Origin: a virus
Lineage: Duplodnaviria; Caudoviricetes
Reading direction: 5' to 3' (one strand)
IMG/VR virus record: IMGVR_UViG_3300037780_000037
Location: 1-57,282 of that record
DNA length: 57,282 nt
Of this stretch, positions 29,476 to 39,312 are shown one piece after another (within the stretch, counting starts at the first letter, position 1; the number at the start of each line of letters is the position of its first letter). A model generated the notes under the pieces. That model did no database searches. It was not told where the DNA came from and worked only from the letters and a program-made list of their open reading frames with translations. The position numbers and the translations under genes were made by a program.

Positions 29476-29963
29476 TAAAATGTTCTCACGCAAAAAATGG
29501 GTTATGCGAAGTAAGTACTAAACTTGCTAATATTGACGTACCTCTTGCTGAAGACGCTTGTTTAGCTTGTGTTAATCACGATCCAGCACAAAGCATTAAT
29601 CATGTTACAGCGTCTAAAGCTATCTATGTTTTAAGAAAACAAAATTTAGAAGTACCTATCCACTTATATAAACATATTAAACCAATAGAAAATAAGGGAC
29701 CAGGAACCGAATTATCGAAATTAATTTCTTGGTTCAAAGCTATTACAGACTCAAAATGTAAATGTAATAAACGAGTACGTAAAATGAACCAATGGGGGCC
29801 GGATGAATGCGAGCGACGAAGACCCACTATTCGTAGATGGTTGAGGCATTCAGCACATACTTACAAGGTTCCGTATAACAGTACAGTAGCTGATTCATTG
29901 ATAACAAGAGCAATCAAAAATGCAAGAGCCAAAATGGGTAGTAGCAGTAGCAACAGCACCTAG
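29472..29963 (+). CDS. Cys-rich protein; paralog of 32774-33052
   Basis: KGPG...C.C.KRV..MN.WGPD.CE..R.TI..WLR motif shared with the 32774 ORF. Confidence 0.8.
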   Translation: MIKCSHAKNGLCEVSTKLANIDVPLAEDACLACVNHDPAQSINHVTASKAIYVLRKQNLEVPIHLYKHIKPIENKGPGTELSKLISWFKAITDSKCKCNKRVRKMNQWGPDECERRRPTIRRWLRHSAHTYKVPYNSTVADSLITRAIKNARAKMGSSSSNST

Positions 29964-30684
29964 AAAAGACTGTACGCTAAACCTTTGCGTAGAGCACATA
30001 CGTGTTTGCGGTTGGGAACCTATCGTATTTGCAGAACCTAACAGCACTGAAACAGATTGTCAGACTATATGGAATGAGCAACGAAAAGGTGTTTGGTATA
30101 ATTGGTTACACTCTGCTAAGTGGTGTTTAGAAAATACAGATGCAGACGCTATTCTAACAATCCAAGATGATACTATACTTCATCCAGACTCAAAGACGTT
30201 CGCAGAGAAATGTTTATGGCCTGCACCGGATTGCGGGTTTTTATCGTTGTACACGCCCAAGCACTATTCTTTCTACAAGATGAAAAGTCTAAGAGACCCA
30301 GGGGTAAATCGTATACGGACGAAGGGGTTATGGGGTGCCTGTGCTTTAATCTTTCCCAGGGAAGTCTTAGGGCGTGCAGTTAATTCCAGAATAGCCAACC
30401 AATGGTTAGGGGCTCCACCGAGATCAGGTAAACCATCAGTCTATGAGAAACGCAAACTTGATCCGACGCTTGTAGTTAATAGCGATACGGCTATTGGTAA
30501 AATAATGAACTCAATGGGTCGAAGCATGTGGTTCATCGACCCATCACCAGGATTTCATGCGGCTAAATACTCTACCTGTAGTCATGGCGATAATACTGGC
30601 AGACGTAATGCTTATAGACCAGCTAACTTCGACATACCACTGGAAGATCAGGTACCTTTAAGAGAGTGCTATGACATTAAATGA
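29920..30684 (+). CDS. Glycosyltransferase (GT-A-like)
   Basis: IQDD (DxD-like) motif, WGACAL, SD..IG and a C-terminal His. Confidence 0.7.
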   Translation: MQEPKWVVAVATAPRKDCTLNLCVEHIRVCGWEPIVFAEPNSTETDCQTIWNEQRKGVWYNWLHSAKWCLENTDADAILTIQDDTILHPDSKTFAEKCLWPAPDCGFLSLYTPKHYSFYKMKSLRDPGVNRIRTKGLWGACALIFPREVLGRAVNSRIANQWLGAPPRSGKPSVYEKRKLDPTLVVNSDTAIGKIMNSMGRSMWFIDPSPGFHAAKYSTCSHGDNTGRRNAYRPANFDIPLEDQVPLRECYDIK

Positions 30685-31304
30685 AATATGAAATAACATT
30701 CCTCGACAAGAAATTTAGTATCACCACTAACAACACTCATATAGCCAAATCGTATAAAGCAAATAAAATATACGAGCATCAATTGTTACATAGCTTATTA
30801 CGGTGTAAAGGCTTGTATGTAGATGTAGGTTCTCATGTAGGCAACCACGTTATTTTCTTATCTTTATTTTCTTCTTTTGAGCATATAGTAGCGTTTGAGC
30901 CGTGCCCTGAGCATTTTGACATGCTTAAAAGAAATATAAAAGATAACAATTTACAAAATGTAACTGCTTATAACTTAGCTATAGGAGAAGAAGATAGCTC
31001 AGTTAACATAATTAGAAAAGGCCCAAACGACGGCAGCTACAGTGTAACTAATGGATCAGAAGTCAATGTTAAAACTTTGGATAGTTTCAGTTTACAACCT
31101 TCTGTAATTAAATATGATGTTGAAGGTTATGAAGTAAAAGCACTAGAAGGTTCTAAAAATACTATCTTAACTAACAAACCAAAAGTGTACATTGAGATGA
31201 ATGACAACAAAAATGCTATACAGTCTATTGTAACAAGTATGGGTTATAAACTGAATAGGTTAATTAAGATGGGTAGCCCGATGGCAGAGTTTGTTTATGG
31301 TTAA
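30681..31304 (+). CDS. FkbM-family methyltransferase
   Basis: VDVGSHVGNH, AFEP and IKYDVEGYE motifs. Confidence 0.9.
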   Translation: MKYEITFLDKKFSITTNNTHIAKSYKANKIYEHQLLHSLLRCKGLYVDVGSHVGNHVIFLSLFSSFEHIVAFEPCPEHFDMLKRNIKDNNLQNVTAYNLAIGEEDSSVNIIRKGPNDGSYSVTNGSEVNVKTLDSFSLQPSVIKYDVEGYEVKALEGSKNTILTNKPKVYIEMNDNKNAIQSIVTSMGYKLNRLIKMGSPMAEFVYG

Positions 31305-32058
31305 AATACGTATAAAAAAAAGTGTTGAGTCGCTAAAAGACCTTATTAATAACTTAAATAACCAAGATAGAGTTACTTATGTGAGGTTTGGAGATAACGA
31401 TGTTTTTCATATGTATGGTAAAGACGCAAAACAAAGGGTTATAAAAAAACCACTAGGTAATAACAAAACAATATACAGTAAGCAATTGCAACTTGATTTG
31501 AAAATTAGTTTTGACATTGAACATCCTCATTTTATGAAAGCAGTGGGTTGTAGATGGCCTATAGAAGCTGGGATGATGAAAAACGGCTTTTCTGGTAACA
31601 AAATACCAAGAGTTGTTAATCATTATGTTGGCAGACTTACAAAAACGAGGGAATTCTACCACCCTATTCTTTTTTCTTATTTGGCTTGTTTAAGACCTAG
31701 TATATGGAACTACTTTAATTGCAGGCATATCAAATCAAGAGATAAGGTATTTGTTGGTTGCAACAATCCTGATCAATTAAAACAGTTAGGAAGTTTTAGA
31801 GAATGGGTTTCTACACCCGCGAAAAACGCAACTTCTGAAACAGATATTATATTTGATAATTTATGTAAATGCGTAAAACCTCACGACATGGTGATTTTAG
31901 GTTGTGGTCAACTATCTAGGGTTCTAGCTGGAAAACTATGGCAAACTAATATCCCTTTACATGTTTTAGACATTGGTAGTCATATAGATGGGTACGCAGG
32001 AAAAACTACAAGAAAGTATTTAAGAAAGTACAGTGAATGTCTACAGCAATCAGTCTAG
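31297..32058 (+). CDS. GT-D fold-like glycosyltransferase (DUF1792-like)
   Basis: YVRFGDND, ILGCG...RVL and LDIGS motifs. Confidence 0.7.
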   Translation: MVKIRIKKSVESLKDLINNLNNQDRVTYVRFGDNDVFHMYGKDAKQRVIKKPLGNNKTIYSKQLQLDLKISFDIEHPHFMKAVGCRWPIEAGMMKNGFSGNKIPRVVNHYVGRLTKTREFYHPILFSYLACLRPSIWNYFNCRHIKSRDKVFVGCNNPDQLKQLGSFREWVSTPAKNATSETDIIFDNLCKCVKPHDMVILGCGQLSRVLAGKLWQTNIPLHVLDIGSHIDGYAGKTTRKYLRKYSECLQQSV

Positions 32059-32777
32059 CGACAATCCCTGGTAGAGAATCAGGATTGTATAAGTCTTTAG
32101 AATGTCTTAGAAATCAAACAATTAAATTACCGATATACGTATACTCTCCAGAAGTATTAAAAAGGGCAGGTCGCTGCTTAGATCAACAGCTTATTAAAAA
32201 TATAGTTGATCAATTTGAAGATGTTAATTTGTTTATAACTAAAGAAGATAATGGTAGTATAGATAAAATCTACCACGCACTAGATTTGCCTTTTGATAAT
32301 ATTATAACAGTAGATGATGATATGTTCTACCCAAATATGTTGGTAGAGCAGTTATTGTTGAACGCTGACAAGCATCCTAACACAGCCCTGTGTTACAGAG
32401 GTAAACAACTAAAAGGACAGCCCTATGATCAGACACAACTCTTAGAAGGTAATAGAGATAGAAAATATCCTAATAATAAAACAAGGCATGTGTTTAATGT
32501 TCGGGTAGATATAATAACAGGTGTTTGGGGAGCTTTATACCCTAGAAAATTAATAGATAAAGACGCACTGCTGAAGCTATCTAAACAATACCCAACAACA
32601 GATGATATCGTTATTAGTTACATATTAGCTGAGTGCAACGTAGATAGGTTGTTAGTGCATTTACCAAAAAGACCAAAGCCGTTACCTCAACACGAAGTTT
32701 ACGAGTTATACAAGATTAATAAAAACAAAAAGAAAAATGATGTTGCGTTAAATAACCTCTTTTATAAGACAAGATGA
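32037..32777 (+). CDS. Glycosyltransferase family 2-like
   Basis: ISLATIP.R, L..QT, ITVDDD..YP, G..GALY and DDI.IS motifs. Confidence 0.85.
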   Translation: MSTAISLATIPGRESGLYKSLECLRNQTIKLPIYVYSPEVLKRAGRCLDQQLIKNIVDQFEDVNLFITKEDNGSIDKIYHALDLPFDNIITVDDDMFYPNMLVEQLLLNADKHPNTALCYRGKQLKGQPYDQTQLLEGNRDRKYPNNKTRHVFNVRVDIITGVWGALYPRKLIDKDALLKLSKQYPTTDDIVISYILAECNVDRLLVHLPKRPKPLPQHEVYELYKINKNKKKNDVALNNLFYKTR

Positions 32778-33052
32778 TGAAAGGCCCTGGTGACCATTTA
32801 GCCAATCTAATTGATTGGGCGACACCGTTTCTGATGAACAAGGATCAGTGTGCATCCTGTCGCAAGCGTGTTAAGCTAATGAACATCTGGGGGCCGGATG
32901 GTTGTGAAATCAACCGAGAAACGATCCTAGAGTGGCTCAGACGGGCAGCACATGAATCAGGTGTGCCCTTTAATTCCATATTCGCCAACCTCATGATCAG
33001 TGAAGCAATACGTAGGGCTAGAAACGAAAAAACCCCGCCACCAGTTTCCTAG
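32774..33052 (+). CDS. Cys-rich protein; paralog of 29472-29963
   Basis: KGPGDHL...CASC.KRV..MN.WGPDGCE..RETI.EWLR. Confidence 0.75.
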   Translation: MMKGPGDHLANLIDWATPFLMNKDQCASCRKRVKLMNIWGPDGCEINRETILEWLRRAAHESGVPFNSIFANLMISEAIRRARNEKTPPPVS

Positions 33053-33060
33053 TGACGGGG
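33027..33060 (-). terminator. Intrinsic terminator for the helicase gene
   Basis: On the minus strand: CCCCGTCACTAG-GAAA-CTGGTGGCGGGG followed by TTTTTT. Confidence 0.8.
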
Positions 33061-33078
33061 CTCGACCACGTTCCTTGA

Positions 33079-34602
33079 TTATTCCTCTGTGGACTCAATA
33101 ACGTAGCTGAGAATGTGAATTGCTCTAGTCTCAGCAACATACTTCAGATTCCATTCCTGTAACCCGTTAGCCTTATCAATCAACTTAGGGTGGGGTAGCA
33201 AATGTGGTTTGAAGATGTAAACTCGATCCGCTTCCAACCCCTTAGCTTTATGCACGCTGCTAAGGACGATTGTATCTTTAATATCGGTATTGTCTTGGAA
33301 CAGCCGACCTAACTTGTTAATTAAGTCATTGGTTGTTTTGCAATCACCAGACAGTACGCGAATACAATCAACCTTATCGTTGAGAGCGATCAGCTTTTCA
33401 TCTACTCCATACTTGTACCTACGGAGAATTTTAGTTTCTTCCTGACTAGCGTACTCGTTGAGAGCATTAATCATCTTATCGACGTTGTTAGACTTTCCAG
33501 CCAGCTTTTCTACCAACTTGATAAGACCCTGCCCGATATCACGACCACGGATAACAACCTTAATTTCCTGCTTCAGCAATTTGAAAGCTAGGGATACCAA
33601 AGGTGCATTCGTTCGACAAAGTACCATAGTAGTCTGATCGGTGACAGCGACCGTTCTTAATTCCTCAATCAGAGCCTCACGCTGGACGTTGCGAACCTCA
33701 CCTTCAGGGTTCCCATCAGCAGCACGATAAGCAGGAACCAGTTTCTTAGCCTGCTCAACAATCTTCTTACCACAACGACGAGTCATCGTTAAAGGTAAGA
33801 TATCAACACCGCCACGATCCGCAAGCATTTCTTCCAACCTGCCCATACTAATTGAATCAGCACCAGCGAAACCATAGATAGCTTGGTTAACATCACCGAC
33901 GCAAATTACCTGATCGGATTGCATCATAACTAAGCCCTGCTGAGACCTGTTCAAATCCTGACACTCATCAACGATAAGACCGTCAATCTTACTGCATTTC
34001 ATTTGATGAAATACCGGCATCCAAATCATGTCACTGAAATCAACTACTTTGAAGTCATTGGAACCACTAGCAAGCGTTTTGTTGCAGTAATCCAGTAACT
34101 GGTCGGTAGTCAGTTCAGCTTCGATATCAAAACCTTCCTGAAGCGTCTGAATGTCGCCTGGAGCCAGTTCCAGCACCCCACCCGTTTCATAACCCAGCAT
34201 GTTAGCCCTAGCCAGATCAAGGACTTTAGTGACGGTATTACGGACAACGTAATCTTCAGACTTCTTAGGCTCACCAAACAGCCGGTCCATCACCTTGCGA
34301 TACTTCCAGCTATCGACTTTGATACCGCGACCGTGATTCATCTTGATGATGCTCAGACCGCTGCTGTGGCACGTAGACGCCTCACAGTTGGCTGGAACCT
34401 TCTTAGACAACTCAGTAGCGATTGCTTTGTTGAACGCTAGGAAACGGTACCTATCGATCCCCTGAGCCTGCACCCAGTCACGGATAGCTACTTGCTCATC
34501 CGAAAGCGTCATGTTGCGGGGAGTCCTGCCAACAGACCAAACCATCGTTGAAGTCTTCCCAGTACCAGCCAACGCCTTAACCATCAAATTTTTAGCCATC
34601 AT
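33079..34602 (-). CDS. UvrD/Rep-like SF1 helicase
   Basis: AGTGKT, VDECQD, VGD..QAIYGF.GA, RTNA, HKAKGLE and YVA.TRA motifs. Confidence 0.92.
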   Translation of the reverse strand: MMAKNLMVKALAGTGKTSTMVWSVGRTPRNMTLSDEQVAIRDWVQAQGIDRYRFLAFNKAIATELSKKVPANCEASTCHSSGLSIIKMNHGRGIKVDSWKYRKVMDRLFGEPKKSEDYVVRNTVTKVLDLARANMLGYETGGVLELAPGDIQTLQEGFDIEAELTTDQLLDYCNKTLASGSNDFKVVDFSDMIWMPVFHQMKCSKIDGLIVDECQDLNRSQQGLVMMQSDQVICVGDVNQAIYGFAGADSISMGRLEEMLADRGGVDILPLTMTRRCGKKIVEQAKKLVPAYRAADGNPEGEVRNVQREALIEELRTVAVTDQTTMVLCRTNAPLVSLAFKLLKQEIKVVIRGRDIGQGLIKLVEKLAGKSNNVDKMINALNEYASQEETKILRRYKYGVDEKLIALNDKVDCIRVLSGDCKTTNDLINKLGRLFQDNTDIKDTIVLSSVHKAKGLEADRVYIFKPHLLPHPKLIDKANGLQEWNLKYVAETRAIHILSYVIESTEE

Positions 34603-34733
34603 CTTTATCCCAGGAACATCCTGCGAGAAACGAAACAATGTCAGCAACAATGCCAACAACAATACTAAAGATACCCAATTCATCGGTTGGTCGCAAGAGG
34701 AAACTTGAAAAATTTTCTTTGGAAGAAACCCTG

Positions 34734-34762
34734 TTGACAACCCTGCGATCAACCGATACACT
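34734..34762 (+). promoter_or_regulatory. Sigma70-like promoter for the replication operon
   Basis: TTGACA-N17-TACACT. Confidence 0.8.
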
Positions 34763-34828
34763 CAATCGTGTCGGCCCAAATTCTGTTTCACAAACCCTTG
34801 CGGAAGGAACCTAGCATACGGAGGTACC

Positions 34829-35416
34829 ATGCCTATTAAGCGAGCCCAGTACACAACCCAGTCGAACAAAGGTTACTCGGGGAAGACCACCAAACTGAGC
34901 ATCAGTCAGTTCGTCCACTACCTTTTTGATATCAACGAATCCAGTCCACCAGATGGAAAGAAACTACGCGATGAAGACATAATCGAATCCGTTCGATCTG
35001 AATTCGGGACCAAACCAATTACGGTACGAAAGATCGCAGACCCCAATAGCAATTCTTCATTGAGTGCTCAGCGTGCTCGATATAACAAGACGAGACCTTC
35101 ACTTCTATCTATTAGGTATGACGGTAATGAACACCCTTGTAGAAATTACAACAGTAATATCGATATTGATGATCTACGGGTTAAAGCTTGGCGATACGGT
35201 ATCGTTGACCCCCGCCTATTTACTGTCGATGAAATCAAAGCAGTTTTGATTCACCAACAGGATAATCCAAGGAAGACTGAAAGGTTTGTATTACCTACTA
35301 GAGATTTAATAAAGGATCATCCTTATGGCAGTATAAAGTTTTCATCATCAGTAGGTCATTTACCACGTACACGGATCGATACAGATACTTTGGAGTTAAT
35401 TCGTGCGGATTCATAG
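34829..35416 (+). CDS. Hypothetical protein
   Basis: GGAGG SD; first gene after the promoter. Confidence 0.7.
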   Translation: MPIKRAQYTTQSNKGYSGKTTKLSISQFVHYLFDINESSPPDGKKLRDEDIIESVRSEFGTKPITVRKIADPNSNSSLSAQRARYNKTRPSLLSIRYDGNEHPCRNYNSNIDIDDLRVKAWRYGIVDPRLFTVDEIKAVLIHQQDNPRKTERFVLPTRDLIKDHPYGSIKFSSSVGHLPRTRIDTDTLELIRADS

Positions 35417-35933
35417 TCGCTGGAAAACTTGTACTGATTGCAACCTATGCAACTTTCCAAGGGTATTCCTGCGAACCAGTGAAAATAAAAAACCACCTAT
35501 CGATGCTCTCTTTATTGGAGAAGCACCGGGAGAAAATGAGGTAATACTTAAAGAACCGTTTGTAGGAGTTTCTGGCAGATTGTTACAAAGTGCTATTGAC
35601 AAAGTTAGGTTACATAATGATTTTACTTACGTCATAACCAACTCAGTTATATGCACGCCTTATGACGAAACAAAAACAGAAATCGATAAACCTACACCAG
35701 CACAGGCTAATAGCTGCTTCTTCCACATCGAAGATTGTATTAGAGTGTACCAACCTAAAGTTATCTTTGGTTTGGGAAACGTATCACAGGGTGTCCTAAA
35801 GAGGCATAAGATAGAACATGTTGCTTTACGGCATCCAGCATTTGTACTAAGACGGGGCGGGCAGGGTTCCTTAGAGTATAAGAAATTCTTCCTGTTAATC
35901 CGCCGGGAAATAATCAATGCCCAGAAAGAGTAA
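35403..35933 (+). CDS. udg: Uracil-DNA glycosylase family 4 (Fe-S)
   Basis: CxxCxLC, GEAPG..E....PFVG.SG, N.V.C.P and HPA motifs. Confidence 0.9.
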   Translation: MRIHSRWKTCTDCNLCNFPRVFLRTSENKKPPIDALFIGEAPGENEVILKEPFVGVSGRLLQSAIDKVRLHNDFTYVITNSVICTPYDETKTEIDKPTPAQANSCFFHIEDCIRVYQPKVIFGLGNVSQGVLKRHKIEHVALRHPAFVLRRGGQGSLEYKKFFLLIRREIINAQKE

Positions 35934-36909
35934 ATCTAAATGGGATTTGTACGAAGACGGTATTTCATATTCAGCGTTATCTAAGTTCGTCAACGACAGA
36001 GAACGATTTCGTATTCGTGCCGTTGAAGGTTTAGCACCAGGAGGTTCCAGCGAAGCATTAGAGTTTGGTAATGTGTTTCATAACTTACTCGAATGGTATT
36101 CATCGGGGGTTAATTCAGCATCGGTATTACAAAGGCGGCTCAGTAGGTACCTGCGGGAGACGGGAGCCGATTCAAATAGTACCAAGCTGGCGAACCAAGC
36201 ATTTGAAGTGTTTATCCTGTACCGAGAGTATTGGGATGACAAACACATGAACTTTATTGAGCAAGAAGAAAAATTCCGAGTTTCCGTACCCTTATCAACT
36301 GGGAGATCAGTACCTATCGTTGGCAGACGTGACGCAATTTATCGAGACACGTCACCAGGACAATCCGGTTGTCTCTATTTAATGGAGAACAAAACTAAAG
36401 CACAGATAGATCATGTTTGGCTTGAATCGGCATTACCTTTTAATCTTCAGACGATGATGTATTGCTACAGCATCCAAAGAGATTATAACGAGATTCCAGC
36501 AGGTGTACTTTATAATGTCATACGCCGACCGGGACTTCGACAAAAGGTTAAGGAGACCGATAGAGACTTTCAGAAACGTATCAGAGAGGATATATCATCC
36601 AGACCTGAACATTATTTCGTCAGGCATCGTGTAGATTTTGCACCTAACGACTTAAACAACTTTGTAGACCGAGTATTACAACCTCTGTTAGAACAAGTTG
36701 CTGTATGGTGGGAGTCCATTAAACACGACCCTTTCGATCCTTGGACCCTATCGGACGGGTCCAGAAATCCACATCACTTCGTAAGACCGTTCGGGATATT
36801 CGATCAACTAGCAAACGGAAAAGGCGACTACTTCGATTACGTAACAAGGGGAAGTCGCGTAGGGCTAGTGGAAGTCGATACACTGTTCCCCGAACTCGTA
36901 GATGATTAA
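35917..36909 (+). CDS. PD-(D/E)XK exonuclease (RecB/Cas4-like)
   Basis: SYS.L, FG..FH, G..D, ENKT and Q...Y motifs. Confidence 0.85.
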   Translation: MPRKSKSKWDLYEDGISYSALSKFVNDRERFRIRAVEGLAPGGSSEALEFGNVFHNLLEWYSSGVNSASVLQRRLSRYLRETGADSNSTKLANQAFEVFILYREYWDDKHMNFIEQEEKFRVSVPLSTGRSVPIVGRRDAIYRDTSPGQSGCLYLMENKTKAQIDHVWLESALPFNLQTMMYCYSIQRDYNEIPAGVLYNVIRRPGLRQKVKETDRDFQKRIREDISSRPEHYFVRHRVDFAPNDLNNFVDRVLQPLLEQVAVWWESIKHDPFDPWTLSDGSRNPHHFVRPFGIFDQLANGKGDYFDYVTRGSRVGLVEVDTLFPELVDD

Positions 36910-36941
36910 TTTTTTCACCCTCTCCCAAATTGGAGAACACT

Positions 36942-37286
36942 ATGGCTAACGGTAAGAAGAACATCCTAGATAACTCTGGCAAGATTCGTTTGGTTAAATG
37001 GTTGATGCAAAATGAAGCATCACTACAAGGCTGGACTATTCAAGCGATTACTGATCGTGTCAGCAAAGAGTTGAAGATCAGCCTAGCAGTATCTACTGTG
37101 AAGCGAACGATTGATGACGGCGATCTTGGGATTAAATACAAGAGAGCAAACGGCGGGGCTCCCCCAATGACTCAGTTATTCAAACGAGTTGATCGTTTAG
37201 AAGAAGCCTTGCAGAAGTTGTGCATTGCTGTGGGGATTAGCCCTAACGATGTTTTACCTCCCAAAGACGAAGACGCTAACGAGTAA
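36942..37286 (+). CDS. Hypothetical protein, possible HTH
   Basis: GGAG SD; 'S.STVKR' helix. Confidence 0.6.
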   Translation: MANGKKNILDNSGKIRLVKWLMQNEASLQGWTIQAITDRVSKELKISLAVSTVKRTIDDGDLGIKYKRANGGAPPMTQLFKRVDRLEEALQKLCIAVGISPNDVLPPKDEDANE

Positions 37287-38329
37287 TGAGTGATTTGAGA
37301 TATGATTTACTACCAGACTTGGACAAGATACAAAGTATATGTTCGTCTAACCCAAGTCTGGTAGCGTTGGCAAATCATTTAGATAGTTTGCCAGAAGCAC
37401 CTGATGCGTTTGATTACGATAACGCAGAGTATGATGATTACCAATCACCACCAGAAACTATTATGCCTAGAAAAAAAGCTGCTGTTAAAAAACCTACTAC
37501 TTCGTTACTACCAGATGTAGATGACTTAAATGTTCCACCTGATAATTTCCTAGAATACACAACCTGTATCTATGGGGCTAAGGGGATCGGTAAGACAACC
37601 TTAGCATCTTCTTTCCCAGGATTCGTTACGATTATGACGGAGCCCTTGCGAAAGAACCTTGCAATTAGAATGAAGGCTCTGCAATGCTACGACTACGATA
37701 GTATCACAGAGAAGGGTGCTCCCGACGCATGGCCCTTGTTCAAAGAAATGATTGATGAGGGTATTGAACGGGACGATATTCAAGGATTTAATATCGACAC
37801 AGTTGATAGGTTATATGAATCCTGCTTGACTCATCACTGCGTTGTTGAAGGTGTCAGGCATCCTGGTGGCCTCAATGACTTCGGAGCCTTATGGTCTATC
37901 ATTAAGGACGATTTTGAAACGACCTTAAACAGCATCCGAGAAAATAATCTTGGATTAGTTCTTGTCTCTCACGCAAAGGAAGATGATATTGAATTAAACA
38001 CTGGGCTGAAAGGAAAGATGTACGCACCCAGTTGTTCGGGAGCCGCGACCAAGTATCTTAAAGCGGCTTGTGATTACGCATTCTTTTATGGTTATCATGC
38101 TAAAAAAAGGGCGTTACACTTTCGTGGCTTTGATTTTATCTGGACTTCGTGCGGTGTCAGGGATAGATTCATTAGCAAATCAGGCGATCCGTTGACGTTG
38201 GTTTACGTGGAAAAAGACCATATTGACAACGGGTACGAATTATTACAAGCTGGTTTTGAAAATCGACTTTGGAACTATGATGAAGAACCAGAGGACGAGG
38301 AACCAACTACCAAGAGAAAACGTAAGTAA
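37286..38329 (+). CDS. AAA_24/Sak4-like ATPase (recombinase)
   Basis: YGAKGIGKTT, IDTVD and SHAK motifs; adjacent to an exonuclease and an SSB-like gene. Confidence 0.85.
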   Translation: MSDLRYDLLPDLDKIQSICSSNPSLVALANHLDSLPEAPDAFDYDNAEYDDYQSPPETIMPRKKAAVKKPTTSLLPDVDDLNVPPDNFLEYTTCIYGAKGIGKTTLASSFPGFVTIMTEPLRKNLAIRMKALQCYDYDSITEKGAPDAWPLFKEMIDEGIERDDIQGFNIDTVDRLYESCLTHHCVVEGVRHPGGLNDFGALWSIIKDDFETTLNSIRENNLGLVLVSHAKEDDIELNTGLKGKMYAPSCSGAATKYLKAACDYAFFYGYHAKKRALHFRGFDFIWTSCGVRDRFISKSGDPLTLVYVEKDHIDNGYELLQAGFENRLWNYDEEPEDEEPTTKRKRK

Positions 38330-38365
38330 CTTTTTTTAAGATTCCCCAAGAGGTATTGATTCGTT

Positions 38366-39211
38366 ATGGCTAAGAAAAAATCAGCATTCGTCATGGCAGG
38401 CGAGCAGGCTAAAGAAGTAGTCCGCGAAGCGTCAAAGACAACTCGTAGCAACATCATTGATACGGGACAAATTATCGAGGCCCTAAACCTCAGTGAAGGC
38501 CAAACAGTTAGTCTAATCTGTAAGGTAGCGTCCATTAAAACGGATACGCACACTACTGACAAAACTGACAGCAAGTACGACGAAGACCGAGCAGGTTTGC
38601 CCTACGTCAACTTCCAATTCGTCCCAACGAGCGGGCCATTGAAAGGAGGTAGTATTGGTAATTTCATGGCTTGTTATGATAAGAAGGATTTTGAGATCAG
38701 CCAATCTGCTTTGGAGTGGGTGTTCCGAGAATTTCAGGGACTGGATTATGAGACAGAGGGTTGGACCCTGGCTGAAATCGAGGAGCACGCTGAGGAGATC
38801 AACGGAGCATCTGATAAGCCGGTTGTTTCATTGGTTATGAAGTGCAACAAGATCAAGTCCGGTAAAAACAAAGGACAACTAGCCGTCAACTGCCGTATTG
38901 GTCGATTGATCGAAGACGGTGCTGACGACGAAGATGATCAAGTTGATCAAGAGCCAGAAGCACCAGCAGCAAAGCCTACTCGCGGTCGTAAAGCAGCAGC
39001 GAAGCCCGTTGAAAAAGCTGAAGAAGACGACGACAAGCCTTTCGTACCTAAAATCGGTGATAAGGTTAATTATACCTTTGTCGATGGTGACGATGAGGAA
39101 GAATTGGTTTGTACGGTAACTAAGGTCAATCCTCGTAAGAAGACCTGCGATCTAAGCGATGGTGAGTACGATTACGACGACGTTAAGTTTGACGAAGTAT
39201 CCCCTGTATAG
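38366..39211 (+). CDS. Probable ssDNA-binding protein with acidic linker and small C-terminal beta domain
   Basis: Position after the Sak4-like gene; OB-like N-terminus; acidic C-terminus. Confidence 0.55.
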   Translation: MAKKKSAFVMAGEQAKEVVREASKTTRSNIIDTGQIIEALNLSEGQTVSLICKVASIKTDTHTTDKTDSKYDEDRAGLPYVNFQFVPTSGPLKGGSIGNFMACYDKKDFEISQSALEWVFREFQGLDYETEGWTLAEIEEHAEEINGASDKPVVSLVMKCNKIKSGKNKGQLAVNCRIGRLIEDGADDEDDQVDQEPEAPAAKPTRGRKAAAKPVEKAEEDDDKPFVPKIGDKVNYTFVDGDDEEELVCTVTKVNPRKKTCDLSDGEYDYDDVKFDEVSPV

Positions 39212-39253
39212 TAACCTTGAAGCGGTTGTGGAATGATTCTAACCTAATCAAGT

Positions 39254-39291
39254 AGAGCCGCTGTTGTCTGAGGATGGCAGCGGCTCTTTTT
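39254..39291 (+). terminator. Intrinsic terminator
   Basis: AGAGCCGCTG...CAGCGGCTCT followed by TTTT. Confidence 0.85.
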
Positions 39292-39312
39292 GTCTCTCTC
39301 CCAGGAAACATA

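Noticed and set aside
34603-34761. Hydrophobic N-terminal extension (MNWVSLVLLLALLL...) on the helicase
   Set aside because: Walker A lies just after Met at 34602/34599 as in typical UvrD proteins, and the extension runs into the divergent promoter region. A membrane anchor cannot be fully excluded.
35917-36909. Cas4 as part of a CRISPR system
   Set aside because: There are no Fe-S cysteines, cas genes or array. The context (Sak4-like ATPase and SSB) indicates a recombination exonuclease.
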